From NCBI GenBank assembly GCA_003693705.1, contig RBZT01000768.1, positions 12,027 to 76,026 of the forward strand: a stretch of DNA of 64,000 nt. Direction: 5' to 3'. Source of the stretch: Polymyxa betae A26-41. Lineage: Eukaryota; Protista; Endomyxa: Phytomyxea. A program made the position numbers and the translations under genes. This document shows positions 63,691 to 64,000 of this stretch, in pieces (within the stretch, counting starts at the first letter, position 1; each line of letters begins with the position of its first letter). The notes beneath the pieces are model-generated. The model made no database searches. It saw only the letters and a program-made list of their open reading frames with translations, and had not been told where the DNA came from.

Positions 63691-63762
63691 AAAACTGAAA
63701 AAAACAATTTAAAAAGAAAAAATGATTTTAATATATATAATCAACAGAATAAACAATTTAAG

Positions 63763-63999
63763 TTAATTTAAATTTTTATTCAATCTTGATAAACGATTAT
63801 TAACCAAATTATTTTTCCTAATTTTGCTAATAACATTATCATCCTCATTTTCAGTATTATTATCCACTTTTAATAATTCACTAATAAAATATTTTTTATT
63901 GCTTCCATCATTAATTAAATATCCAACACCTACCCTTTCAATAACAGTATAGACCTTATTGCTCCATTTTTGTAAATTTTTCTTTTCAAAATTGTTTTT
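63763..63999 (-). CDS. C-terminus of a Polinton/Maverick-type retroviral-like (rve) integrase, 5' part outside the window
   Basis: KNNFEKKNLQKWSNKVYTVIERVGVGYLINDGSNKKYFISELLKVD matches the K..FEK....WS..I/VY.I......Y.L.D.....FY..EL.KV pattern of Polinton/virophage integrases. Confidence 0.75.
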   Translation of the reverse strand, partial: KNNFEKKNLQKWSNKVYTVIERVGVGYLINDGSNKKYFISELLKVDNNTENEDDNVISKIRKNNLVNNRLSRLNKNLN

Positions 64000-64000
64000 T

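Larger units (their letters stand above)
62872..64000. mobile_element. Left part of an endogenous Polinton/Maverick-like element; continues beyond the window
   Basis: Switch from host-like to very AT-rich sequence starting at AGTAGT (62872). Intronless short ORFs, including an AP2-like protein and an integrase C-terminus. Confidence 0.75.

Overview
Gene-dense eukaryotic (protist) DNA with moderate GC and many short (about 40-60 nt) spliceosomal introns. Gene content, intron size and TTTTAGGG-like motifs are compatible with a plasmodiophorid (Phytomyxea, e.g. Spongospora), but this is inference only. The first 13 kb is one giant spliced minus-strand gene that runs off the left edge: an intact soluble-adenylyl-cyclase (ADCY10-type) domain pair, then STAND NTPase-TPR, STAND NTPase-TPR, a catalytically degenerate second cyclase pair, and a third STAND NTPase-TPR. 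The middle holds mostly housekeeping genes (FBXO15-like F-box, INCENP, LSD1-zinc-finger/HMG-box protein, CHCHD2/Mix17, SPOUT1, eRF3, TM9SF, eIF1, ATR, XPG/FEN1-like nuclease, WD40, HEAT protein, HYPK, coiled-coil protein, SMYD/SET). An accessory patch at 27.4-30.4 kb contains a MITE, a TmcB-like pseudogene and an AT-rich virus-like insert. The right end is a nested mobile-element zone: a candidate secreted-protein gene, a Crypton (GCR1_C) remnant, a 180-bp palindrome, and AT-rich Polinton/Maverick-like DNA with an AGTAGT terminus, AP2-like and zinc-finger ORFs and the C-terminus of an rve-type integrase. Exon boundaries were inferred by eye.
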